Virus record (IMG/VR): IMGVR_UViG_3300009077_000017
Location: 1-24,441 of that record
Length of the DNA: 24,441 nucleotides
Reading direction: 5' to 3' (one strand)
Source of the DNA: a virus
Lineage: Duplodnaviria; Caudoviricetes
Under the pieces are notes generated by a model. That model worked only from the letters and a program-made list of their open reading frames with translations, was not told where the DNA came from and searched no databases. Below, piece after piece: positions 17,058 through 24,441 of the stretch (positions are counted from its first letter, which is position 1; the number at the start of each line of letters is the position of its first letter). A program made the position numbers and the translations under genes.

Positions 17058-17957
17058 ATGATATTAATAGACCTAAGTCAAGTTATTATCTCCAACTTAA
17101 TGACACAAGTAGGGCCTCGGACAAGCGAGATCGATGAAAATCTTGTACGCCATATGATCCTTACAAGTTTGCTTAACATAAAGAAAAAGTTTTCGGCAGA
17201 ATATGGCAATGTCGTTATTTGTTGTGATAATAAAAATTATTGGAGAAAAGACCTTTTTCCATACTATAAATTTTCAAGAAAGAAAGAACGCGAATCATCT
17301 GGTATAGATTGGAGTCTTATTTTCAATACTATGAATGATATGAAACGCGACCTAAAAGAAGTTTTTCCTTACAAAATTGTTGAGGTGGAACGCGCCGAAG
17401 CTGATGATTGTATTGCGGTGTTGGTGCAGAGATTTGCGCCGAGTGAAAAGTGTATGATTGTTTCAAGTGACAAAGACTTTAAACAACTACAAAAATACCC
17501 CAATGTGTCTCAATACAGTACGATTATGAAAAAGTTTCTGAAAGAGGACAACCCGAAACAATTTCTTCGCGAACATATTATTCGCGGCGATAAGTCGGAC
17601 GGTATTCCCAATTTTCTTTCGGACGATGAAGTTTTTGTAGAAAATCGCCGTCAGAAGCCTATCACTAAAAAGAGTCTGGTAAACTGGATGGATATGTCCA
17701 GAAATCCCGAAGACTTTATGGATGTGAATATGCTTGCGAGATTTAAGAGAAACGAACAGTTAGTAGACCTTACAAAAGTGCCAGATGATATTAGAGATAA
17801 TATTATCGCCCAATTTGATAACGACCCAAAAGGAGATATGCGAAAAGTATTTGATTATTTTATTAAAAACCGTATGATGATGTTAATGGAAGAACTTGAC
17901 GGATTCAAAGAACCCAAATATAAATCTTATGCACAGGATGTAATGAACTTAGCATGA
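17058..17957 (+). CDS. rnh: T4-type RNase H (5'-3' exonuclease, FEN family)
   Basis: ILIDLSQ, YWRK...YK..RKK, EADDCIA, SSDKDFKQLQ, GDKSDGIPN, RNEQLVDL. Confidence 0.93.
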   Translation: MILIDLSQVIISNLMTQVGPRTSEIDENLVRHMILTSLLNIKKKFSAEYGNVVICCDNKNYWRKDLFPYYKFSRKKERESSGIDWSLIFNTMNDMKRDLKEVFPYKIVEVERAEADDCIAVLVQRFAPSEKCMIVSSDKDFKQLQKYPNVSQYSTIMKKFLKEDNPKQFLREHIIRGDKSDGIPNFLSDDEVFVENRRQKPITKKSLVNWMDMSRNPEDFMDVNMLARFKRNEQLVDLTKVPDDIRDNIIAQFDNDPKGDMRKVFDYFIKNRMMMLMEELDGFKEPKYKSYAQDVMNLA

Positions 17958-18154
17958 AAATTAAAGAAAACCGTAACTATAAATGTTACACAAAACTCAC
18001 TCCCATTGTAAATTGGGATCATATTTTCGGTTTCGAAGTAAAGAAAACCGAAGTCAATTCTGTCTGGTCGCAAGACGGCAGATCAGTCATCTCAAAGAAA
18101 TTCTTTGTTGATGAGCAGAAGGCTAAAGACTACGCAGAAAGTCAACGAGTCTAA
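17954..18154 (+). CDS. Hypothetical protein
   Basis: ATGA overlap with the rnh stop and TAATG overlap with the next gene. Confidence 0.65.
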   Translation: MKIKENRNYKCYTKLTPIVNWDHIFGFEVKKTEVNSVWSQDGRSVISKKFFVDEQKAKDYAESQRV

Positions 18155-18438
18155 TGATTATTGATACGCATATGAACGACATCATTGATAAGAATGAAAA
18201 TATGACCATTCCTTATTATTTGATGGCTTCATATGCGTATTATAAAGATGACGACCCGATACTAACAGACGGCGCATATGATGCGCTTGCAAAGAGAATA
18301 CTAGAAAACTTTATGTTTATAACCCACCACCATAAAGATTTAATCAAATTGGACGATCTATCGGCGGGTAGTTACTTGGGGGAATATCCATCAATCGTGA
18401 TTGGAGCCCTAGAAAATCTGAGAGGAAATTTCAAATGA
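18154..18438 (+). CDS. Small protein resembling NAD-dependent DNA ligase domain Ia
   Basis: ASYAYYKDDDPILTDGAYDALAK matches the LigA Ia pattern YY..D.P...D..YD.L; no adenylation domain. Confidence 0.7.
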   Translation: MIIDTHMNDIIDKNENMTIPYYLMASYAYYKDDDPILTDGAYDALAKRILENFMFITHHHKDLIKLDDLSAGSYLGEYPSIVIGALENLRGNFK

Positions 18439-18953
18439 TTAAAACGGCAATCAAAATCTTAGCACTATCAACTCTACTTACTGCATGTTCTCATACACTA
18501 AGTTTATCAGTACGAGCTGCCGAAAGAGCAACCGGAACTATTGTTGGAATACAACCTATCTATAGTACAAGATATGAAAATGTTCCCGAATTGGTTTGTA
18601 ATAATGTTCATGTCCCATTGATTAATAATGCAAATGTTTTGCAGGGTGCAATCATTGGTGGAATTATTGGCAACTCACTGCGCGGCGGAAGTAAGGTACG
18701 CAATCGAAATACCGGCGCGATTATCGGTGCTTTCATTGGGGCCAATCAATCCAGTGGACAGAATACCACCAGAGTCGAAAATCGTTGTCATACAGTCAAT
18801 AGACGCAACGCCTATCAAGTAGTTGAACAATATTGGTTAGACATACGAGTTCATGGAACCACTATTCGCCGGTCGATATATGCAAATAATAATCGTCCAA
18901 ATGTTCGTATCGGACAACAAATAGATGTTATGGTTAATTATTCTGTAAATTAA
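18435..18953 (+). CDS. Glycine-zipper 2TM lipoprotein (YcfJ/SlyB-like)
   Basis: GAGGA RBS; lipobox LLTA-C; GAIIGGIIGN and GAIIGAFIGAN zippers; flanking Cys pair. Confidence 0.75.
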   Translation: MIKTAIKILALSTLLTACSHTLSLSVRAAERATGTIVGIQPIYSTRYENVPELVCNNVHVPLINNANVLQGAIIGGIIGNSLRGGSKVRNRNTGAIIGAFIGANQSSGQNTTRVENRCHTVNRRNAYQVVEQYWLDIRVHGTTIRRSIYANNNRPNVRIGQQIDVMVNYSVN

Positions 18954-18956
18954 CTG

Positions 18957-18985
18957 TTGACTCTCCTGTAGCTTTGTGATACTCT
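18957..18985 (+). promoter_or_regulatory. sigma70-type promoter
   Basis: TTGACT (18957-18962), 17 bp, TGn-TACTCT (18980-18985); AGGAG RBS downstream. Confidence 0.7.
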
Positions 18986-19018
18986 AGTCGTAGAAACAGA
19001 ATCACTTAGGAGAATGTT

Positions 19019-19177
19019 ATGGATACATTAAAACTTTTACCTTCACAAAGAGTAGACAATTCTGAACTTTCCTACTGGAAAACTCAGGCAATGGTGCTTG
19101 CTCAACGCAATGATGATTTAAGATATATTGTCGGAAATCAACAAAAAGAATTGGAAAAAATGCGAAATACCGCTTGA
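19019..19177 (+). CDS. 52-aa hypothetical early protein (absent from ORF track)
   Basis: Own promoter and AGGAG RBS (19008-19012); MDTLKLLPSQRVDNSELSYWKTQAMVLAQRNDDLRYIVGNQQKELEKMRNTA; its stop lies in the next TTGACA. Confidence 0.75.
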   Translation: MDTLKLLPSQRVDNSELSYWKTQAMVLAQRNDDLRYIVGNQQKELEKMRNTA

Positions 19178-19215
19178 CATTTCTATCATTATATGTTAGA
19201 ACTATAATATAGAAA
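19174..19215 (+). promoter_or_regulatory. sigma70-type promoter with overlapping inverted repeat
   Basis: TTGACA (19174-19179). The -10 is ambiguous: TGn-TAGAAC at 17 bp, or TATAAT at 19203-19208. Arms 19180-19193 and 19203-19215 (13 bp, one bulged C). Confidence 0.65.
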
Positions 19216-19243
19216 GAATCACTAGTCACTGAAAGGACTAAAA

Positions 19244-19579
19244 ATGCAAGAACAAATCGCAACTCTCCTCGAAACAATCAAATCTGATTATTTCAACTGG
19301 ACCTCTCGCAATGGGACTCATGAACTGTCACCACACAATCTTCAAATGATTTCAGAATTCAACGAAGGCCTTGAGGTTTCCGAAGGTAGTAAATACATAA
19401 AAATCTTGTCAAAACGGTCTGTCTGGGGATTTATTGTCAAAGGCGACAACGACAAAAAATTCCAGAAAGGCGATATCCTAAAAGCCGCGGGTTGGGCAAC
19501 TCCTGCTCGCAACCATGCTCGGGGAAATATCCTTGATGGTGGATATACAATCCAGTGGACCGGACCACTTTATATGTGA
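19244..19579 (+). CDS. Conserved phage hypothetical protein
   Basis: AAGGA RBS; SVWGFIV...KGDILKAAGWATPARNHARGNI...WTGPLY motif recalled from T4-like phage early proteins. Confidence 0.8.
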   Translation: MQEQIATLLETIKSDYFNWTSRNGTHELSPHNLQMISEFNEGLEVSEGSKYIKILSKRSVWGFIVKGDNDKKFQKGDILKAAGWATPARNHARGNILDGGYTIQWTGPLYM

Positions 19580-19758
19580 TGATATATGAAAACATTAGAG
19601 AATGGATTAAAGGACAACTAAGGTGGAGGGATTTAATTTTCTTCACTTTAGGATTTGTACTTGTTTTCTACTTCAAGGAACAAACTGTTGTAAATTGGGA
19701 ACCCATTGATCAGGCAACCATAGACAACGCAGTAATTTTAGCACTACATGACAACTAA
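19579..19758 (+). CDS. Small single-TM membrane protein
   Basis: TGATG coupling to the upstream gene; LIFFTLGFVLVFYF hydrophobic segment. Confidence 0.6.
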   Translation: MIYENIREWIKGQLRWRDLIFFTLGFVLVFYFKEQTVVNWEPIDQATIDNAVILALHDN

Positions 19759-19767
19759 GGAACAAAC

Positions 19768-19953
19768 ATGAAACGACAATCTAAACTAAACAAATATCTT
19801 GCAGGACCAAAAGTCAACCGGCGGTTCTCATCGCAACAAAAACGAAACGCACATAATCGTGAAATTTTAATGGATCGTTTATTACGCGAAGGTCAATATT
19901 ATGCAGAACGTAAACGCCAGAAACTAGAAAAACTTAGGGAGGCTCGTGCATGA
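19768..19953 (+). CDS. Small highly basic hypothetical protein
   Basis: AAGGA RBS; Arg/Lys-rich. Confidence 0.7.
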   Translation: MKRQSKLNKYLAGPKVNRRFSSQQKRNAHNREILMDRLLREGQYYAERKRQKLEKLREARA

Positions 19954-20159
19954 AACTTAATCTTAAATATTCCGACAACTTAGATAGAGACTATAAGAAA
20001 CTTTCGAAAGGTCGAAAAAACTATGTTAAAAAAATGGCTGGGAAGAGAAATCTAACCATTTCTAATTATTTGGATTTTAAATATGGATCTATTATAGTCT
20101 TTGATGACGTATCAGATGAAATTTTAGATGCAGAATTTGAAGAAGTAAAAGTCGATTAG
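19950..20159 (+). CDS. Small protein with basic N-terminus and DnaK-like DAEFEEV tail
   Basis: GGAGG RBS and ATGA overlap; ends DDVSDEILDAEFEEVKVD. Confidence 0.7.
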   Translation: MKLNLKYSDNLDRDYKKLSKGRKNYVKKMAGKRNLTISNYLDFKYGSIIVFDDVSDEILDAEFEEVKVD

Positions 20160-20162
20160 GGC

Positions 20163-20208
20163 TTGACATTTTCTCTACATTGTTGTAATATAATAGTATA
20201 GAGAGAAT
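20163..20208 (+). promoter_or_regulatory. sigma70-type promoter with overlapping inverted repeat
   Basis: TTGACA (20163-20168), 17 bp, TAATAT (20186-20191). ATTTTCTCTA (20168-20177) pairs with TAGAGAGAAT (20199-20208), one G-U. Confidence 0.75.
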
Positions 20209-20224
20209 CATAGAAGGAAATATA

Positions 20225-20809
20225 ATGATTGCAGTGAAAAATAAAACAATCTTGGTTGATTGTGATGGCGTACTCCTAGATTGGGGGTACGCCTTTGCTT
20301 CTTGGATGGATCGGCATGGATATGTCGCAACAGGAAGTAGCGAATATGATATTGGTGTCAAATATGGATTGCCAAATTGTGAAAAAGAAAAATTAGTACG
20401 GATGTTTAATGAAAGTGCCGCAATTCGGAAACTACCTCCTTTGCGGGATGCAATTAAATATGTTAAAAAATTGCACGAAGATCATGGTTATATTTTCCAT
20501 GCAATCACCAGTTTGAGTACAGATCAATATGCGTGTCATCTACGGACAAAAAACCTTCGGGAATTGTTTGGAAACACAGCTTTTGAAAAATATGTATATC
20601 TCGACACTGGTGCTGACAAAGATGATGCCCTAGAACCTTATCGGGATACAGAATGCTATTGGGTAGAAGATAAACCCGAAAATGTTGATGTTGGAATTAA
20701 CTTGGGCCTCAATGGTATTCTTATCGCTCACGACCACAATGTATACTATAGTGGAAAAGCGGTTCGGGTTCAAAATTGGAAAGAAATCTACAAAATGATT
20801 ACTGGATGA
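20225..20809 (+). CDS. HAD-family phosphatase, 5'(3')-deoxyribonucleotidase-like (T4 gp30.2-like)
   Basis: ILVDCDGVLLDW (motif I), AITS (II), ADK (III), WVEDKPEN (IV). Confidence 0.85.
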   Translation: MIAVKNKTILVDCDGVLLDWGYAFASWMDRHGYVATGSSEYDIGVKYGLPNCEKEKLVRMFNESAAIRKLPPLRDAIKYVKKLHEDHGYIFHAITSLSTDQYACHLRTKNLRELFGNTAFEKYVYLDTGADKDDALEPYRDTECYWVEDKPENVDVGINLGLNGILIAHDHNVYYSGKAVRVQNWKEIYKMITG

Positions 20810-20814
20810 GTTGT

Positions 20815-20822
20815 TATAAATA
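20815..20822 (+). promoter_or_regulatory. T4-type late promoter
   Basis: Exact intergenic TATAAATA before an AGGA RBS and ATG 20864; marks the switch to structural genes. Confidence 0.85.
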
Positions 20823-20863
20823 GTCTTGTAAAATAAATAATACAAAATTATAGGACTATTTTA

Positions 20864-22138
20864 ATGGCAGTAGACTTTCCCACAAGTCCGTCCAACGGAC
20901 AGACATTTACTTCTGGTACTATTACCTATACATATAATGCTACAGCGGGTCTTTGGAACTCTGCCGCCTCTGGTGGTGGAGGTTCTTCTGTTACTGTTTC
21001 TGATACTGCACCAACGAGTCCTAGTGACGGTGACATGTGGTATAATTCTCTTTCATTGAAAATGTTTGTATATTATAATGATGGTTCATCGAGTCAATGG
21101 GTTCCTGCTTCTCCGCAACAGGCTGGAGTTGCTGGAGCAGATGGTTCTGCAACTTCATATGCAAACCTTGCTGCATTTCCTAGTTCTGGTAATACTAATG
21201 GTGATATGGGGTTTGCAACCGATACTAAGGCGGTTTACGTTTGGGACGGTACTGAATGGGATCGGGTCTACACTGGGTCGCAAACTACACCTAGTTTTAC
21301 AACTGATCCACCGGCAAGTTTGCTATTAAACACTGATGGATCAAACAATGTTGTTACGGTTGCTGCAACAGACGCTGAAGGATTCCCGATCAGTTATGAG
21401 TTCGATGGGTTTTCCGGCGCAAACACGTACAGTGAATCTTCTTTACCACCACAAATAACATCTCTTACAAAAAGTAATGGCGCTTTTACGTTCACACCAT
21501 CAACATCCCAAAGCAATAGTGGGTCATTTACTGGAAGATTCAAAGCCTCAGATGGACTACAGACAACAGCAAAATCAACTCTTTTTCAATTGTCGTTTGG
21601 TTTAACGGATGTCTACGGATTTGATATAACTCAAACATCAAGTTCGAATGGATATGTAATATTCTATTTTATGTTTGTTGCGGAGGATGGAAGCAATCTG
21701 CATGACGATTCAACTTACGCAAGTGAGGTTGTGTATGGTGCGAATGTTGACCAATCAAGTTGGCGTTTTGGGAGAGAGGCAAGCACAAGTGAGACAAGTC
21801 CAAATTTTGATAACAACAGCCCCGCATATTTTCGAACAGAAATGTCATCAGCTTTTGGTACAACTTTACCGGCGTCTGGCTCAGGATCGCATTTTAATTT
21901 TGGGTACGTCGAAAACGACAGCGGGAACACAAAAACTATAACGTGGACTACAGGTAGAACAATCAAGGCAATTTTAGTCAGCGGGAGTGCTGCGACCACT
22001 CCTTACTTTTCCGGTGGATATGTCACGCCGTATATCGGCGGCAATACAGCATCCGATTTGAGCAGCACCAGTTACACCTTGCTTCAAGGTACAACATCAT
22101 CCGTTGTAAATGACAGATACTATGACTTCAGTGTTTAG
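20864..22138 (+). CDS. Fibre/decoration-like virion protein, paralog A
   Basis: Ser/Thr/Gly-rich; FPTSPSNG, VSDTAPTSPSDGDMW, YNDGSSSQW, short GxxGxxG, WDGTEW and D.EGFPI.Y modules; unique C-terminal domain. Confidence 0.75.
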   Translation: MAVDFPTSPSNGQTFTSGTITYTYNATAGLWNSAASGGGGSSVTVSDTAPTSPSDGDMWYNSLSLKMFVYYNDGSSSQWVPASPQQAGVAGADGSATSYANLAAFPSSGNTNGDMGFATDTKAVYVWDGTEWDRVYTGSQTTPSFTTDPPASLLLNTDGSNNVVTVAATDAEGFPISYEFDGFSGANTYSESSLPPQITSLTKSNGAFTFTPSTSQSNSGSFTGRFKASDGLQTTAKSTLFQLSFGLTDVYGFDITQTSSSNGYVIFYFMFVAEDGSNLHDDSTYASEVVYGANVDQSSWRFGREASTSETSPNFDNNSPAYFRTEMSSAFGTTLPASGSGSHFNFGYVENDSGNTKTITWTTGRTIKAILVSGSAATTPYFSGGYVTPYIGGNTASDLSSTSYTLLQGTTSSVVNDRYYDFSV

Positions 22139-22148
22139 GAGACAATAA

Positions 22149-23882
22149 ATGGCAATAAACTTTCCAGATAGTCCTTCAAATGGGGATACACACACTGCAA
22201 ATGGTGTCGTATATACCTATAATTCCACATCTACGTTGTGGGATACAATAAGTGGTGGGAGCGGAGGTTCTTCGGTCACGGTGTCCGATACTGCGCCGAC
22301 AAGTCCTAGTGATGGAGACCAGTGGTTTGATTCTACAGATGGCAGTCTCAGTGTTTACTATAATGATGGTTCATCGAGTCAGTGGATTTCTACATCTGGT
22401 CCAGCAGGAGCTGCTGGAGTAGATGGAACAAACGGAACAGATGGATCATCTGGTTCTTCCGTAACTTCATATGCAAACCTTGCTTCATTTCCTAGTTCTG
22501 GAAACACTGCTGGTGATATTGGTTTTGACACAGATTTTCAGGCGGCTTATATGTGGGACGGAGTTGCATGGCAAAGAATGTCTACAGGAAATCAAATAGG
22601 ACCCCGATATACTACAACACCACCGGCCACGCACCAATTAAATAATGATGGTTCGACAGTGACTACAATCACTGCTGTTGCAACCGATGAATCTGGATTT
22701 CCGGTGACCTATGATTGGGATGCGTATAGCGGATCGACAATTTATAACTCATCAAGTTTACCACCGCAAGTAACTTCTGTCACAGAATCAAATGGAGTAT
22801 TTTCTTTAGTAGGATCGAATAATGATTCTAATCAAGGTTCTTTTACCTTTAGAACAAAAGCAGGAGATGGAATATTATTTACTCCTGCTCTTACGACAGT
22901 AGATTTGACATTTTTTGCTACTTCTAAATTATATTTGCCCGGCACATTTACTATGAATCAATCTGATCTTAGTGGGGTTGGTGGTACTATTAGTTTCTTC
23001 GCTGTTGGCGCAGGAGGCGGCGGTGCTCAGGGTAATAGTGGAGATGGTGGTGGTAATGGCGGAAACGGTGGTTCTTCTGCATGGATTGAAGCAATTCCTG
23101 TATCCGATATTACAGGAGATATTACTGTTGTAGTTGGAAATGCTTATTATGGTACTGCAAGATACCAAGGACAAGATGATGGCGGTGGTTCCTCGAATTT
23201 TACAGGCGGAGATTCTATTATTACAATACCAACTTCCTCTGGGAATGTTGTTTTGACTGCGTTTGGCGGAAAGGGTGGAAGTAATTATTCAGCAAACAAT
23301 CCAACGCAACCTGTTGGCACAATTACAAATATAGGGGCCCTGACTGCTGGTTTACAATCAGGCACATATACAGGTGGCACCGGCGGTAGTGCCTTTAATG
23401 GCGGTGGTGCTGGCGGTGGTAGTGCTGGATATAGCAATAATGGCGGAGCGGGAATGAATTCGCAGTCTGGTGATGGATCAACTGACCCTGCACCATCGAG
23501 GTCCGGCGCGGGTGGTTCTGCAAGAAGTAATCGCATTGACGGTGTTGACGGCGGCGGTTCTGGTGGAATAGGTACTTCTGGGGATGATTCTTCTGGTGCT
23601 GGTGGTGGAGCCTATTATTTTGCAGATATTGATTCTGTCATAAATTCTGAAATACCGACAAGTTTTTCAAATGGACTCATTGTTAGTAAAGTTGGATTGA
23701 CTTCAGCAGACACAACTGGCAGTGTCCAATCTGCTGTAAATGGTGGATATCCGGGCGGTGGTGGTAGTGGTGGCCGTGATGGACAACTAACAACAGGTGC
23801 AGCCACAAACCATGTTTCTTCATATGGTGGAAATGGTATGGTGATATTCAGACGCAACAAAACAACATTATTGACTACATAA
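22149..23882 (+). CDS. Fibre/decoration-like virion protein, paralog B, with glycine-rich C-terminal domain
   Basis: AGGAG RBS; same N-terminal modules as A; C-terminus AVGAGGGG...GGGGSGG...GGNGMVIFR typical of phage glycine-rich fibre domains. Confidence 0.8.
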   Translation: MAINFPDSPSNGDTHTANGVVYTYNSTSTLWDTISGGSGGSSVTVSDTAPTSPSDGDQWFDSTDGSLSVYYNDGSSSQWISTSGPAGAAGVDGTNGTDGSSGSSVTSYANLASFPSSGNTAGDIGFDTDFQAAYMWDGVAWQRMSTGNQIGPRYTTTPPATHQLNNDGSTVTTITAVATDESGFPVTYDWDAYSGSTIYNSSSLPPQVTSVTESNGVFSLVGSNNDSNQGSFTFRTKAGDGILFTPALTTVDLTFFATSKLYLPGTFTMNQSDLSGVGGTISFFAVGAGGGGAQGNSGDGGGNGGNGGSSAWIEAIPVSDITGDITVVVGNAYYGTARYQGQDDGGGSSNFTGGDSIITIPTSSGNVVLTAFGGKGGSNYSANNPTQPVGTITNIGALTAGLQSGTYTGGTGGSAFNGGGAGGGSAGYSNNGGAGMNSQSGDGSTDPAPSRSGAGGSARSNRIDGVDGGGSGGIGTSGDDSSGAGGGAYYFADIDSVINSEIPTSFSNGLIVSKVGLTSADTTGSVQSAVNGGYPGGGGSGGRDGQLTTGAATNHVSSYGGNGMVIFRRNKTTLLTT

Positions 23883-23884
23883 AG

Positions 23885-23892
23885 GATAAATA
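23885..23892 (+). promoter_or_regulatory. Possible late promoter variant or RBS region
   Basis: GATAAATA 4 nt before ATG 23897, overlapping AAGGA. Confidence 0.4.
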
Positions 23893-23896
23893 AGAC

Positions 23897-24441
23897 ATGG
23901 CAATAAATTTTCCAGATAGTCCTTCGAATGGGGATACTCACGTAGTCGGTGACAAAACTTGGACATATAATGCATCTAAAACTAGATGGACAGCATCAGG
24001 TCTGTATGTGTCAGATAATGCACCGACAAACCCTAGCGCTGGAGACCAGTGGTTCAACAGTACAGACGGTTCTTTGTTAGTATATTATAACGATGGTTCA
24101 TCGAGTCAATGGGTAGTTGTTTCTGGACCGGCTGGGTCTGATGGAGCGGCTGGATCATCTGGTTCTTCCGTAACTTCATATGCAAACCTTGCCGCATTTC
24201 CTAGTTCTGGAAACACTGTTGGAGATTTTGGTTTTGCGACTGACACTAAGGCAGTTTATATTTGGGACGGCACTGAATGGGATAGAGTGTATACAGATAC
24301 AAATGCCGTGCCAGAATGGACAACAGCACCACCAGCGACAGCAGATTTAGCTATAGATGGAACTGCAACAAATCAAACGGTTGTAGCAAGCGATCCCGAA
24401 GGATTTCCTATCGAATATTCATATGATACTAATCCATCAAA
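23897..24441 (+). CDS. Fibre/decoration-like virion protein, paralog C, 3'-truncated (absent from ORF track)
   Basis: MAINFPDSPSNGDTHVVGDKTWTYN...YNDGSSSQW...SYANLAAFPSSGNT...WDGTEWDRVYTD...DPEGFPIEYSYD; frame open to the window end. Confidence 0.85.
   Translation, partial: MAINFPDSPSNGDTHVVGDKTWTYNASKTRWTASGLYVSDNAPTNPSAGDQWFNSTDGSLLVYYNDGSSSQWVVVSGPAGSDGAAGSSGSSVTSYANLAAFPSSGNTVGDFGFATDTKAVYIWDGTEWDRVYTDTNAVPEWTTAPPATADLAIDGTATNQTVVASDPEGFPIEYSYDTNPS

Noticed and set aside
1087-21941. Short alternative-frame + strand ORFs nested in larger genes (1087, 4705, 11118, 12372, 13173, 15289, 18628, 21066, 21675)
   Set aside because: Fully inside real CDSs with no evident RBS or motif.
1157-23941. 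All minus-strand ORFs in the track (e.g. 2435-3070, 3803-4279, 13662-14105, 14132-14536)
   Set aside because: Antisense shadows of well-supported + strand genes, with no recognisable motifs or expression signals.
22442-24218. Near-identical repeats as a diversity-generating retroelement TR/VR pair
   Set aside because: Both copies are in N-terminal coding regions, mismatches are not adenine-specific, and no reverse transcriptase is present in the window.
1-24441. tRNA, rRNA or transposon
   Set aside because: Intergenic gaps are short and occupied by promoters and RBSs; no cloverleaf or transposase motifs seen by eye.

Overview
AT-rich genomic segment of a T4-like myophage, most likely infecting an alphaproteobacterium (inferred from an RpoD region-4 copy with alphaproteobacterial signature residues, GANTC sites at early promoters, and a class II RNR). 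All credible genes are on the + strand. 1-8951: late, Lys-rich giant proteins built of discrete modules separated by acidic ESVELDE-like linkers that match T4 prohead-protease (gp21) sites. One carries nucleotidyltransferase, ParB/Srx-like, putative RNase-like and HNH modules, so these look like capsid-packaged, protease-processed polyproteins. 8972-11058: conserved T4-like hypotheticals, a spanin pair and a holin-like gene. 11108-17957: primase, monomeric-type class II ribonucleotide reductase, Zn-ribbon, RuvC-like nuclease, an internal-protein-like gene, stand-alone sigma70 region 4, DenV-like glycosylase and RNase H. 17954-20809: small early genes behind six sigma70-type promoters (counting those from 11073 on), each overlapped by an inverted repeat pairing the -35/spacer with the downstream leader. 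20864-end: three paralogous, mosaic fibre-like virion proteins. Family calls come from motif recognition by eye; no searches were run.
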